Shown: positions 26,939 through 36,348, counted from the first letter of the stretch. The stretch is 64,000 nt of DNA from Anaerolineales bacterium (GCA_034434015.1 DAOUAB010000059.1:26971-90970); one strand, 5' to 3'. Notes: generated from the letters alone by a model not told the origin. Numbers and translations: made by a program.

Positions 26939-29900
26939 TTATCGGACGGCGTAGACGCGCACCGGCTGGCTCTTGCCGCGGATCTCGGCCTCGCCCAGGT
27001 CCACCAGCGCATGGCGCGCCGCGGCCTCGCCCAGCGCCGCGACCGTGTACTCGCTGATGAGCAGGTCATGCTCGGGATAGGTCTTGGTCAGGGCCTGGAT
27101 ACGCGCCCCGGTGTTCATGGCGTCGCCGATGACGGTGTATTCCTGGCGCTCCTCCGAGCCGGTGGCGCCGGCCACCACCTCGCCGGTGTTAATCCCCAGC
27201 CCGAAGCGCAGGGTCGGCTGGCCGAGCGTCTCGCGCCTGGCGTTGACGTAGGCCAGGCCCTGGCGGATGGCCAGCGCGGCCTGGACCGCGCGCTCGGCGT
27301 GGTCGGGATGTTCCGTGGGCGCGCCGAAGACGCACACCGCCTCGTCGCCGACGAAGCGGTTGACGATGCCGCCGTGCGCCTCCACCGCCAGGATGACCAC
27401 TTCGAAATACTGGTTGAGCGCCGCCATCACTTCCTCGGGCGGCCGGCTCTCGGCAAAGGCCGTCGAGCCGCGCATGTCCACGTACAGGACCGTGATGGTC
27501 TTGCGCTCGCCGGCCAGCGAGACGCGCCCGGCCAGCACCGCCTCGCCCACCTCGCGGCTGACGTAGCGCCCGAACAGGTCGCGCAGGCGTTCGCGCTCGC
27601 GCAGGCCGGCCACCATCTCGTTGAAGGCGCCGGCCAGTTGCGCCAGCTCGTCCCCCGAGCCGGCCTGGAAACGTGCGCGCAAATCGCCCTGGGCCACGCG
27701 CCGCGCGCCGCCCGCCAGCTGCTCCACCGGCGCGGCCACCGCCGCCCCCAGCGCCTGCGCCAGCAGCACGCCGGCCAGCAGCGCGCTCAGCCCGATCAGG
27801 CCGAAGAGCGTGCGGCTCTCGGCCAGGAAGGCCTCGACGCTGGCCCGCCGCAGCCCGATGTTCAGCGTGCCGAGTTGTTCGCCCTGCCGGCCGCGGCGCA
27901 AGGGGGCCGCCGCCACCCACACCGCCTCGCCCCGCCAGCGCGCGTCGGCCACGCGCGCCTCGCTCGCGGTCACGCCGGGCTCGCCCTGCAGGTTGAGCTG
28001 GTCGGAGAACACGATGCGGCCATCCCGATCCACCCAGGCCGTGTACGCGATCAGGTCGCCCCGGAACCGGGCGACGATGTCTTGCAGCCGGCCGAAGTCC
28101 AGGCCGGCCGCTCCCGCCGGCCCCCCGCCTCCCGGTTGTCCCATCTGCCCGGCGAGATTCAGGGGATCCGGCAGGGACGCGGTGGCGGTCATCGGCTGGC
28201 CGGCCAGCTCCGAAAACGTGTCCCCGAACCAGCGGGCCGAGGTCAGCACCGACGTCTGCACGGTGCGTTCCACCTCGCGGCGCTCGATGGGGATGACGAT
28301 CAGGCCCAGGCCGCCCACCAGGCCGGCCACCAACAGCGTCATCAGGATCGTCAGCCGGGTCCGCATGGAGACGCGGCCGGCGCGGATTTCGAGCGGCGTG
28401 TAGTCGCCCGCCTGCACGCGAGTGGCCTGCGCCGCCAGCCCGCGGGCGGCGCGCGCCAGCGGCCTGATCAGGGCGGAGCCGAGCGCCAGGCCCGCCAGCA
28501 CGATCAGGCCGCCGCCCAGCCAGAGCGTGCGCTGGAGGTTGCCCAGGAACTGGCGCAGCGTGTCGAAGCGCAGGGTGACGCGCACGTAGCCGAGCACGAC
28601 GCCGGCCCGGTTCTTCACCGGCGCCACGGCCGCGAGCAGGGGCGCGCCGGCCTCATCGGCGCCCTCGGTGACCGTGACGGTCTCACGCTCAGCCGGCGGC
28701 GGCCGAGTCTCGCCGACCTGGTCCGGATCCAGGCCGAAGAGCACCACGCCGTCGGCCGTGGTCAGCGCGTACTCGGCGACGCCGTTCTCGCTGAAGCTGT
28801 CCAACAACGATTGGAAGCGCAGCAGCGCCGGCGCGTCCAGCGGGAACGCGCTGCCGGACAGCGCCGTGAAGTCCAGGCGGTCGGCCTCCGGCGGCAGGGC
28901 CGCCTCCACCGTGGCCGCGTTCCAATCCGCCAGCGCCGCCAGCATGTCGCGCGACTGCGCCCGCAGGTAACCGCCGGCGTGCTGGACCACGGCCAGCACG
29001 AGCACGGCCAGCACGGCCAGCAGCAGCGCGGCCGTGCCCAGCACGAAGCGGGTCTGGAGCGAGCCGCGGCCCAGGAAGCCGGCCACGCGCCGCGCCGTGA
29101 GGGGCGCCGGCTGCTCCGGCTTGAGCGTCTCGAGGGCGGCGCCGCGCAGGACCGCGTTGGCGGGAAGGTAGGCGGCCAGGGCGCAGACGAGCGGGGACGT
29201 GATCAGGCCGACCAGGCCGATGGCCAGCACGCCGGGCAGTGTGCGGCCAAGCGCGCTCCAGGGGTCATAAGCCGTCGCGCCCACGCTGCTGCCGCCGTAG
29301 ACGGCCGTGAAGACCAGGGTCAGACCGGCGGCGGCGAGCAGGCCCACCCCGCCGGCCAGCAGGCCCATCAGCGCGGCCTCGCCCACCACGACGGCGCGGA
29401 CCTGCCTGCGGGTCGCGCCCAGCGCGCGCAGTTGGCCGAACTCCCGCCGCCGTTCGGTGACGCTCAGCAGAGTCGTGTTCACCACGCCGAGCGCCGCCGC
29501 CACGACGGCCAGCAGCAGGAAGGCGTTGAAGAGCGTCGGCACGGTGTCCATGGCCTGCAAGATCAGGTCCGAGTACTGGCGCATCGTGTCGAAGGACAGC
29601 CCGTGCCGTTCAGCCACCCCCCGCAGGTCGGCCTCCAGCGCGGGCAGGTCGGCGTCCGGCCGCGCCTGGATGAACAGGCTGAACGGCTGGCCGCTGTCGA
29701 AGCGGTCCTCGACCACGTTGCTGATGAGCGTGGCGCCCACGAACGTCGTTCCCAGGCCGGCGACGGTGCACGCCACCGGCCCGTCGGCGCCGGTGACCGT
29801 TAACGCGTCGCCCAGGCCGACGTTGTTCCGGGCGGCCACAGCCGGCGTCATCAGCAGGCCACAGCCGCGCTCCATGATCGGCAACGCCGTCTCCCAACCG

Positions 29901-32900
29901 CCCTCCTTGAAGCGTATAAAGAGCGTGTCCGCCTGCCGCAACTGGCGCGGGTCGAGCACGAACGAGAAGTAGGCGTCGCCCAAGAACGCCAGCTCGGGGA
30001 CGATGACGAACTTGAACGGCATCACCTCGGCGCGTCCGTTGGCGGCGGCGCTGAACTCATCGATCGCGGCCTGCGGCACCCGCATCGAGTCCATCTCGGT
30101 GTAGGCGGCCAGCCCCTCTTCGATGCGGATGACCGACGTCACCCAACTGTCCTCCCGCCGCAGGGCCTCCAGTTGCGGGCCGAACGACTCGTAGAGGAAG
30201 AAGGTGATGAAGCCCGTCAGCCCCCCGATCATGGTCAGGCTGACCGCCAGCGTCGCCACGGTCAACAGGACGCGCCCGCGCCCGCGGCGCACGTTGTCGG
30301 CCATCAGGCGGCCGGCCGCGCCGCCCAGCCGCGCCAGGAGCGGCCGCGCGGTCGCGCCGATCCCGCCGACCAGGGCCGGCATCAGCAGCGCTACGCCGGC
30401 CAGCCAGGCGGCGCCGAAGCCCACCGTTGCCCAGACGTTGGCCGGCGGCGAGAGCCACAGCGCCGGCGGGGCCAGCAGCAGGTAGGCCGGGACGGCCAGC
30501 AACAGCGCGGCCCCGCCCAGCCCCAGGCGCCCCGAGGCGTGTTCGAGACCGGCGGCCTCGGCGGCGCGCAGGGCCGTCAGCGGCGAGACGCGCATGGCCT
30601 GCCGGGCCGGGACGAGCGCGGCCAGCAGCGTGACCCCCAGGCCGGCGGCCGTGGCCAGCGCGAAGCTGAAGGCGGACGGCGCACCCGGCGCGAAAGCGTT
30701 CAGGATCGGGTTGTCGAGCGAGCGGATCAGCGCGATCACGCCCTGGCCGAAGACCGGGCCGAGGGCGACCCCCAGCAGCACGCCCAGCCCGCCGATGAAG
30801 ACGGCCTCGGCCAGCACCAGGCGCACGATCTGGGCGCGCGTCATGCCCAGCGCGCGCAGCAGGCCGATCTGCTGGCGGCGCTGCGTGATGGACATGGCGA
30901 AGGTGTTGAACACCAGGAAGCCGGCCGCGAGTGTGAGGCCGACCCCGACGCCCTTGAACATCGGGTCGAGCTGGCTCCACAACCCCTCGCCGATGGCGCG
31001 CAAGTCCTCGGTGCGCGTGACCACGCCGATGATGGCGCCGGCCAGCACATCGCCGCCGACGGTCATGGCGGCGCCGAGCAGGACGGCCAGCACGCTCAGG
31101 GTGGCGCGCGTGCGTTGCTGTGCCAGGCTGCGCCACATCAACGTCCACGCCAGCGAGCGCGGCAACCGGCGGCGCGGGGGAGCCGGTCGTTTCGCGGCCG
31201 GCGACGCGAACCCCGCCGCGCCCTCGGCGCGCATGGCCACGGCCGGGTCCACCTCCGCGGCGCGCCCGGCCGGCCAGAGCGCGGCCAGCATGGCGATGAC
31301 GGGGCCGATGACGAGCGCGGCCAGCGCCAGCGGCCAGGGCAGCGGCAGCCCTTCCAGCGGGCTGGCGCCCGTCATCGCCTCCATGGCCGTGTTCATGCCC
31401 TGCCCGAACAGCGCCGCCAGCCCCAGGCCGCCCAGCGCGCCCAGCGCCGCCCCGCCGAAACCCAGCAGGCCGGCCTCCAGCACCACCAGGCCGCGCACCT
31501 CGCCGCGCGTCAGGCCGACCGCGCGCAGCGCGCCGATCTCGCGCTGGCGTTCCAGCACGGACGCGAACAGCGTCACGACGATGCCCAGCGCCGCCACCAG
31601 CCCGGAGAGCGAGGTCAGCCCGCCGAAGAGCGCCTGGATCGGGCCGATGAGCTGATCCACGACGCCGGTCAACTGCGCCGTGTCGAACAGGCCCAGCTCG
31701 GTGCGATGCCGCTCGCGCAGCGCGCCCACCCGCGCTTCTAAGTCGGCGCGCTCAACGCCGGCTTTCGGCGTGAACAGGATTCCGAACGGGTGCGAGCCGA
31801 AGTATTCGGCGGCGGCGGCCGGGCTGATCACCGGGAAGCCGCCGCCCACGGCCGCCACCGTGAACGCGACCCGGCCCTTGAGTGTGTCGATCTCCAGCGT
31901 GTCGCCGGGGTGCTTGTCCAGCTTGCGTCCGGTCAACTCCGGCAACAGGATGGCCGGCTCGTTTTCGGCAAAGCGGCGCTCGGCTTCCTCCCAGGACCCT
32001 TCGGCGATGGGGAAAGTGCGTTTGCCGCGAATGGCGGATATCGGCAGGGCGAAGGCGTACTGGTCGCCGGCGCCGCTCTCCACGCCCACGCCGGGGATGG
32101 CGACGTTGGCGAAGTAGTTGATCTCGGCCACAGCGCGCAACGAGTCGATGTCGGCCTGCACGTCGGGCGGGATGGGCGGCAGGCTCGGCAGGGCGGCCGA
32201 GGCGCCTAGCGAGGTGCCGGGCGGGAAGGGCCGGATCAGCACGACCTGCCCGCTGAACATGGAGGTGTTGAACGAGAGCAGGAACTCGCTCATGAACAGC
32301 GCCAGGCCGGTGAGGGCGATGACGAGCATGAAACTGAGGGTGAGGGCGGCGGCGGTCAGCGGCGCGCGCGAACCCTGCCGGCGCAGGCTGGCCGCCGCCA
32401 GCCGGCCGGCCAGCCAACGGCCGCGCTCCAGCAGCGCGAGCAGGCCGTCCAGCGCCAGCGGCAAGGCGGCCGCCACCGCCGCGCTGAAGGTCAGCGCCGG
32501 CGCAAAGATCGGGCCGTAACTGGGCGTGAGGGCCGTGCGCGCGTATTCGACGCCCCAGGCGTACAGGCCGGCGGTCGCGGCCAGCAGGCCGATCACGACC
32601 GCGACCAGCCAGGCGCGCCGGCTGCGGCGTTTCGCTTCGCCGGCCAGAGGCGGCTTGAACGCCTCCAGCGGGCTCACTCGCGCCGCCGCGCGCGCCAGGC
32701 CGAAGGTCACGGCCACCGTCACCAGCACGCCGGCGCCCGCGGCCAGCAGCCAGGCATCCCAGGGGATAACGGCGCCGGCAGCGCCCTCGTCCCCATTGAG
32801 GGCGCGGACGACGGCTACCATGCCGGCCCCCAGCCCCAGGCCGAACAGCAGGCCAAGCGCCGAGCCGAGCCCGCCCACCAGGCCGGCCTCCAGCAGAGCC

Positions 32901-33811
32901 TGGGCCAGCACCTGCCGGCGCGTCATGCCCAGCGTGCGCAGCTGACCGATCTCGCGCTTGCGTTCCGCCAGCGTGATGGCGAAGGCGTTGAAGACCAGGA
33001 AGCCGCCGGCCAGCAGCACGGCGAAGCCGGACACCGGCAGGGCCAGGTTGACGAGGCTGTAGAGGGAGTTCAGGCTGCTGCTGCCGGCCGCGCTGGTGAC
33101 GATATACTGGTCCCCGAGCGCGGCCTGCAGTGAGACCCGAACCGTTTCCGGGTTCTGGCCGGGCGCGAGCCGGACCTGGACGGCCGTGGCCGCGCCGGGC
33201 GCGTCGAAGGCCGCGCTCAGCGCCGCGATCGGCAACCAGGCTGTGGGCGTCGTCGCCGCCGCTTCGCGGCGCGGCTTCAGCAGGCCGACGATGGTATAGG
33301 TGTGAGTCTGAGCGCCGGTGGTCAGCCTGATCTGGCCGCCGACGCTGTGGCCGCGCGGCGCGGCCCAATCCGAGGGCAGGAGGACGGCCCGGCTGTCGCC
33401 GGCCTGCAGAAACCGGCCGGCCGCCAGCTCGTAGGGTGTGAGCGTGCGGGCGGGGTCCACCCCCAGCAGGGCCAGACCGGTGCCCTCCAGGGTTAGGCCG
33501 CCCATGCTGAAGGTCGCGTCGCGGCCCGGTTTGCCTTCCAGGCCGCGATACAGCGGCGCGGCCACTTCCACTTCCGGCCGCGCCGCTAACGTTTCCAGGA
33601 GGGTGAGGGGAATTTGGGCGCTGGCCGCGCTGGTGATCTCCAGGTCGGCGCCGGCCAGGCGGCTCTCACGGGCCAGGCGCGCGCTCTCCGTGACCGTAGC
33701 GCCCACCAGGCGCATGGCGAAGATCATGGCCACGCCCAGGGCGATGGCGGTGGCCGTAAAGGCGGTGCGGGCCACGCGTGCGCGCAGGTTGCGGACGGCC
33801 AGAAGGAGCAA
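26939..33811 (-). CDS. Giant fusion: four FtsX/MacB permease modules + two TM-sensor-TM-HAMP units + class III adenylate/guanylate cyclase (~2290 aa; probable TTG start at 33811)
   Basis: Four ER-REIG-LR-LG-T-type FtsX motifs; HAMP GDELAQLAGAFNEM; cyclase VLYVDMRGST, RFVGDE, GLGINTGEVVAG, YTVIGDAMNTGAR; one uninterrupted frame; GGGAG RBS before TTG. Confidence 0.9.
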   Translation of the reverse strand: MLLLAVRNLRARVARTAFTATAIALGVAMIFAMRLVGATVTESARLARESRLAGADLEITSAASAQIPLTLLETLAARPEVEVAAPLYRGLEGKPGRDATFSMGGLTLEGTGLALLGVDPARTLTPYELAAGRFLQAGDSRAVLLPSDWAAPRGHSVGGQIRLTTGAQTHTYTIVGLLKPRREAAATTPTAWLPIAALSAAFDAPGAATAVQVRLAPGQNPETVRVSLQAALGDQYIVTSAAGSSSLNSLYSLVNLALPVSGFAVLLAGGFLVFNAFAITLAERKREIGQLRTLGMTRRQVLAQALLEAGLVGGLGSALGLLFGLGLGAGMVAVVRALNGDEGAAGAVIPWDAWLLAAGAGVLVTVAVTFGLARAAARVSPLEAFKPPLAGEAKRRSRRAWLVAVVIGLLAATAGLYAWGVEYARTALTPSYGPIFAPALTFSAAVAAALPLALDGLLALLERGRWLAGRLAAASLRRQGSRAPLTAAALTLSFMLVIALTGLALFMSEFLLSFNTSMFSGQVVLIRPFPPGTSLGASAALPSLPPIPPDVQADIDSLRAVAEINYFANVAIPGVGVESGAGDQYAFALPISAIRGKRTFPIAEGSWEEAERRFAENEPAILLPELTGRKLDKHPGDTLEIDTLKGRVAFTVAAVGGGFPVISPAAAAEYFGSHPFGILFTPKAGVERADLEARVGALRERHRTELGLFDTAQLTGVVDQLIGPIQALFGGLTSLSGLVAALGIVVTLFASVLERQREIGALRAVGLTRGEVRGLVVLEAGLLGFGGAALGALGGLGLAALFGQGMNTAMEAMTGASPLEGLPLPWPLALAALVIGPVIAMLAALWPAGRAAEVDPAVAMRAEGAAGFASPAAKRPAPPRRRLPRSLAWTLMWRSLAQQRTRATLSVLAVLLGAAMTVGGDVLAGAIIGVVTRTEDLRAIGEGLWSQLDPMFKGVGVGLTLAAGFLVFNTFAMSITQRRQQIGLLRALGMTRAQIVRLVLAEAVFIGGLGVLLGVALGPVFGQGVIALIRSLDNPILNAFAPGAPSAFSFALATAAGLGVTLLAALVPARQAMRVSPLTALRAAEAAGLEHASGRLGLGGAALLLAVPAYLLLAPPALWLSPPANVWATVGFGAAWLAGVALLMPALVGGIGATARPLLARLGGAAGRLMADNVRRGRGRVLLTVATLAVSLTMIGGLTGFITFFLYESFGPQLEALRREDSWVTSVIRIEEGLAAYTEMDSMRVPQAAIDEFSAAANGRAEVMPFKFVIVPELAFLGDAYFSFVLDPRQLRQADTLFIRFKEGGWETALPIMERGCGLLMTPAVAARNNVGLGDALTVTGADGPVACTVAGLGTTFVGATLISNVVEDRFDSGQPFSLFIQARPDADLPALEADLRGVAERHGLSFDTMRQYSDLILQAMDTVPTLFNAFLLLAVVAAALGVVNTTLLSVTERRREFGQLRALGATRRQVRAVVVGEAALMGLLAGGVGLLAAAGLTLVFTAVYGGSSVGATAYDPWSALGRTLPGVLAIGLVGLITSPLVCALAAYLPANAVLRGAALETLKPEQPAPLTARRVAGFLGRGSLQTRFVLGTAALLLAVLAVLVLAVVQHAGGYLRAQSRDMLAALADWNAATVEAALPPEADRLDFTALSGSAFPLDAPALLRFQSLLDSFSENGVAEYALTTADGVVLFGLDPDQVGETRPPPAERETVTVTEGADEAGAPLLAAVAPVKNRAGVVLGYVRVTLRFDTLRQFLGNLQRTLWLGGGLIVLAGLALGSALIRPLARAARGLAAQATRVQAGDYTPLEIRAGRVSMRTRLTILMTLLVAGLVGGLGLIVIPIERREVERTVQTSVLTSARWFGDTFSELAGQPMTATASLPDPLNLAGQMGQPGGGGPAGAAGLDFGRLQDIVARFRGDLIAYTAWVDRDGRIVFSDQLNLQGEPGVTASEARVADARWRGEAVWVAAAPLRRGRQGEQLGTLNIGLRRASVEAFLAESRTLFGLIGLSALLAGVLLAQALGAAVAAPVEQLAGGARRVAQGDLRARFQAGSGDELAQLAGAFNEMVAGLRERERLRDLFGRYVSREVGEAVLAGRVSLAGERKTITVLYVDMRGSTAFAESRPPEEVMAALNQYFEVVILAVEAHGGIVNRFVGDEAVCVFGAPTEHPDHAERAVQAALAIRQGLAYVNARRETLGQPTLRFGLGINTGEVVAGATGSEERQEYTVIGDAMNTGARIQALTKTYPEHDLLISEYTVAALGEAAARHALVDLGEAEIRGKSQPVRVYAVR

Positions 33812-33966
33812 GCCTGACTCCCTGTCCCCGCCCCTGCGGGGTTTACGATCTGAGTTTTTATGGAAGCGCACCCGATTGTAGCACTTACTGCGCGTTCTGC
33901 TGGGACCAAACCAGAAAGGGTGCCTTCGGGCTTTTGGGCTGACCCGTCCGCCTGACAGACAGCCAT

Positions 33967-34224
33967 CACCCACGTCATGCCGGCGAAAGCCGGCACCAGG
34001 AGCAGACGCGCGCAGAAGAGCGGGAGCTTCTGGGCCCCGGCCTTCGCCGGGGCGACGGTGGAAATGGTGGCGCCCAGGCGCGGCGCCTGTTCCCGTCATC
34101 CAGCACCCACGTCATGCCGGCGAAAGCCGGCCTCCAGGAGCAGACGCGCGCAGAAGAGCGGGAGCTTCCGGGCCCCGGCCTTCGCCGGGGCGGCGGTGGA
34201 AATGGTTGGGCCAGGGCGCGGCGG
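33967..34224. repeat. Two near-identical ~120-bp REP-like palindromic units, 137-bp period
   Basis: cacccacgtcatgccggcgaaagccggc..ccccggccttcgccgggg at 33967 and 34104. Confidence 0.85.
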
Positions 34225-34272
34225 CCGGGAGATTGACCACCATCGGCGAATGCAGCCAACCGAAAACGGAAA

Positions 34273-34300
34273 TTGACATACGGGTGAGCCGGAGTATAAT
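34273..34300 (+). promoter_or_regulatory. Consensus sigma70 promoter for the infA leader
   Basis: TTGACA-N16-TATAAT. Confidence 0.8.
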
Positions 34301-34391
34301 TACATTAGTAATTGGTGAGCCTGGTCCAATTAGAGAGGCGACGACGATTTATTGCAGTCCACCCGTCGGCTTGCTCTGTCAGCGCATTTCT

Positions 34392-34429
34392 ACGGCGCAA
34401 CCCAGGCCTCCGGTTGCGCCGTTTTCTTT
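34392..34429 (+). terminator. Intrinsic terminator-like hairpin inside the infA 5' leader (attenuator candidate)
   Basis: 11-bp stem acggcgcaacc/ggttgcgccgt + tttcttt, 22 nt before the ATG. Confidence 0.65.
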
Positions 34430-34451
34430 GATTTAGAGAGGTGAGTGAAGG

Positions 34452-34715
34452 ATGCCGAAAAGCGACGACAAAATCATGGTTGAGGGGGTGGTCGTGGAGG
34501 CCATGCCGAGCACCACGTTCCGGGTCCAACTGGACAACGGCCACACGGTGCTGGCCTACCTCTCCGGCCGGCTGCGCAAGAACTACATCCGCATCCTGCT
34601 GGGCGACCGCGTCAAGCTTGAGCTTTCGCCCTACGACCTGACCCGCGGGCGCATCACGTATCGTTTCACCGCGCAGCAGCAGCAGCCCGTCCAGCCGCCG
34701 GCCGAAGCCGCTTAG
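34452..34715 (+). CDS. infA: Translation initiation factor IF-1 with a short C-terminal extension
   Basis: [51 protein letters not shown]. Confidence 0.95.
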   Translation: MPKSDDKIMVEGVVVEAMPSTTFRVQLDNGHTVLAYLSGRLRKNYIRILLGDRVKLELSPYDLTRGRITYRFTAQQQQPVQPPAEAA

Positions 34716-34755
34716 CGCGGCATCGCGTCCGTCTGCGCGCCTCGGCTTGCAGAGG

Positions 34756-34782
34756 CCGCCCCGGTTGGGGCGGTTTTCGTTT
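34756..34782 (+). terminator. infA terminator
   Basis: ccgcccc-ggtt-ggggcgg + ttttcgttt. Confidence 0.7.
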
Positions 34783-35305
34783 AACGGGCGGCGTCCAGCC
34801 ATTGCTCGGCGGCCCGCGCCGAGCGCAGGCGCACCCACTGCAGGTGGGCGTAGGCCGGCCGGCCCAGGTCGGCCAGGAACTCGCGCCGGTAGCGGGCGTG
34901 CGTCTGGAGCGCCCAGAGGAAGAGCGAGTCCCGGCTGAGGAACTGCGCGCGCCACGTCTCGCGGTTTCCGGCCCACAACTCTTCCTGGGTGATGATCCGG
35001 CGCAGCGTGCGCCGCAGCAGCCGCCCGAGCACGAACGGCAGCGGGTAGTCCAGCCAGACCAGTGTTTCGGCTCGCGCCCAGATCAGGTCGCGGGCCATCC
35101 CATAATTGCCGCCGACCGTCCAGCGCTCGCCTGCCAGCGCGGCGGCCACACGCTCACGGAAGATCTCCGTTGGCGTGCGCGTCCAGCCCGGCCCCCAGAA
35201 CAAGGCATCCAATTCGACGAATGGGCAAGGGAGCGTCCGGGCCAACCGTTCGGCCAGGGTGGTCTTGCCCGAACCGGTGGTGCCGACGACGGCGATGCGT
35301 TGCAT
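34781..35305 (-). CDS. P-loop kinase, adenylate kinase/FlaR (topology modulation protein)-like
   Basis: RIAVVGTTGSGKTTLA, ELDALFWGPGW, GGNY, LVWLDYP. Confidence 0.8.
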   Translation of the reverse strand: MQRIAVVGTTGSGKTTLAERLARTLPCPFVELDALFWGPGWTRTPTEIFRERVAAALAGERWTVGGNYGMARDLIWARAETLVWLDYPLPFVLGRLLRRTLRRIITQEELWAGNRETWRAQFLSRDSLFLWALQTHARYRREFLADLGRPAYAHLQWVRLRSARAAEQWLDAAR

Positions 35306-35363
35306 GCGTGGCGGGATGTGGAGGGGCCGGTCTCAGGCCGGCCCCTATCCGGAATATCGTCGG

Positions 35364-36296
35364 CTAAGGCGAACCGTGCACGGTCGGCCGGCGCGCGATG
35401 ATCGCCGCCCAGTCGTCGAGGTGTTCCTGGGCGGCCAGCGTCAGGCCGTGACGTTCCAGGGCGGCGCGCACTTCGTACGCCTGGGTGTCCAGGATGCCGG
35501 AGAGGATCAGCAGGCCGCCCGGCTCGACCAGGTCGGCCAGCCCCTCGTCGAAGAGCTTGACGATGACGCGCGCCAGGATGTTGGCCAGCACCAGCGGCGC
35601 GCGGGCGCCGGCGGCGCGCAACTCGGCCAGCGAGCCGAGGGCCACCTGGACATGTCCGGCGACGCCGTTGAGGGCGGCGTTCTCGCCCGCCACGCGCACC
35701 GCCTCCGGGTCGATGTCGTAGGCCAGGATTCGGCCGGAGCCGAGTTTGGCGGCGGCGATAGCCAGGATGCCCGAGCCGGTGCCCAGGTCGATGACGGCCT
35801 GGCCTGGCCTGAGATGACGCTCTACGGCCGCCAGACAGAGCTGGGTGGTGGGATGAGTGCCGGTGCCGAAAGCCATGCCGGGGTCCAGGAGGATCGGCAC
35901 CTCGCCTCGCGCGGCGTCGACGGGCGTCGCCGCCGCCAGCCAGACCGGGACGATGATCAGGCGGCGGCCGATGCGGATGGGCTTGAAGTTGGCTTTCCAG
36001 GCCTCCGACCAGTCCGTCTCGGCGATGGGCTTGTACTCGGGCGCCGGCAGGGGCAGGATGCGGCCCAGGTGCCACAGGCTCTCCTCGAGGCGGGCGCGGG
36101 TCGCCTCAAGCTGGTCGTCGGCGGGCAGATAAGCGCGGACCACCACCGGGCCGACCGGCGTGGCATGGTCGTCGGGCGCGACCTCGAAGCGCGTGGCCTC
36201 CAGGGCGACGCCGTTCGGCGCAAAGCGGGCCAGGACCTCGCTCACGGCTTCGGCCGCCTCGGCGCTGACGGTGAGGGAGACCTCGAGCCAGCTCAT
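35364..36296 (-). CDS. prmA: Ribosomal protein L11 methyltransferase
   Basis: LDPGMAFGTGTHPTT, DLGTGSGILAI, ANILA, LILSGIL. Confidence 0.95.
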   Translation of the reverse strand: MSWLEVSLTVSAEAAEAVSEVLARFAPNGVALEATRFEVAPDDHATPVGPVVVRAYLPADDQLEATRARLEESLWHLGRILPLPAPEYKPIAETDWSEAWKANFKPIRIGRRLIIVPVWLAAATPVDAARGEVPILLDPGMAFGTGTHPTTQLCLAAVERHLRPGQAVIDLGTGSGILAIAAAKLGSGRILAYDIDPEAVRVAGENAALNGVAGHVQVALGSLAELRAAGARAPLVLANILARVIVKLFDEGLADLVEPGGLLILSGILDTQAYEVRAALERHGLTLAAQEHLDDWAAIIARRPTVHGSP

Positions 36297-36348
36297 ACGC
36301 GGGGGCCGGGTAAGCGCACGTCGCGCTGCGCCCCAACGCCGGGTCTGG

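Noticed and set aside
27011-31741. Long plus-strand ORFs (930 aa, 522 aa and others) opposite the giant fusion
   Set aside because: Antisense shadows with Arg/Ala/Gly-rich composition and no recognisable domains.
33812-34099. N-terminal 96 aa of the 2386-aa ORF call
   Set aside because: It runs through REP repeats and promoter-like DNA. Permease homology begins at LLLLAVRNLR, where a TTG with an RBS is present.
33967-34224. CRISPR array
   Set aside because: Only two long units with conserved interiors, no unique spacers, no cas genes. The 1..50 decamers likewise lack spacers.
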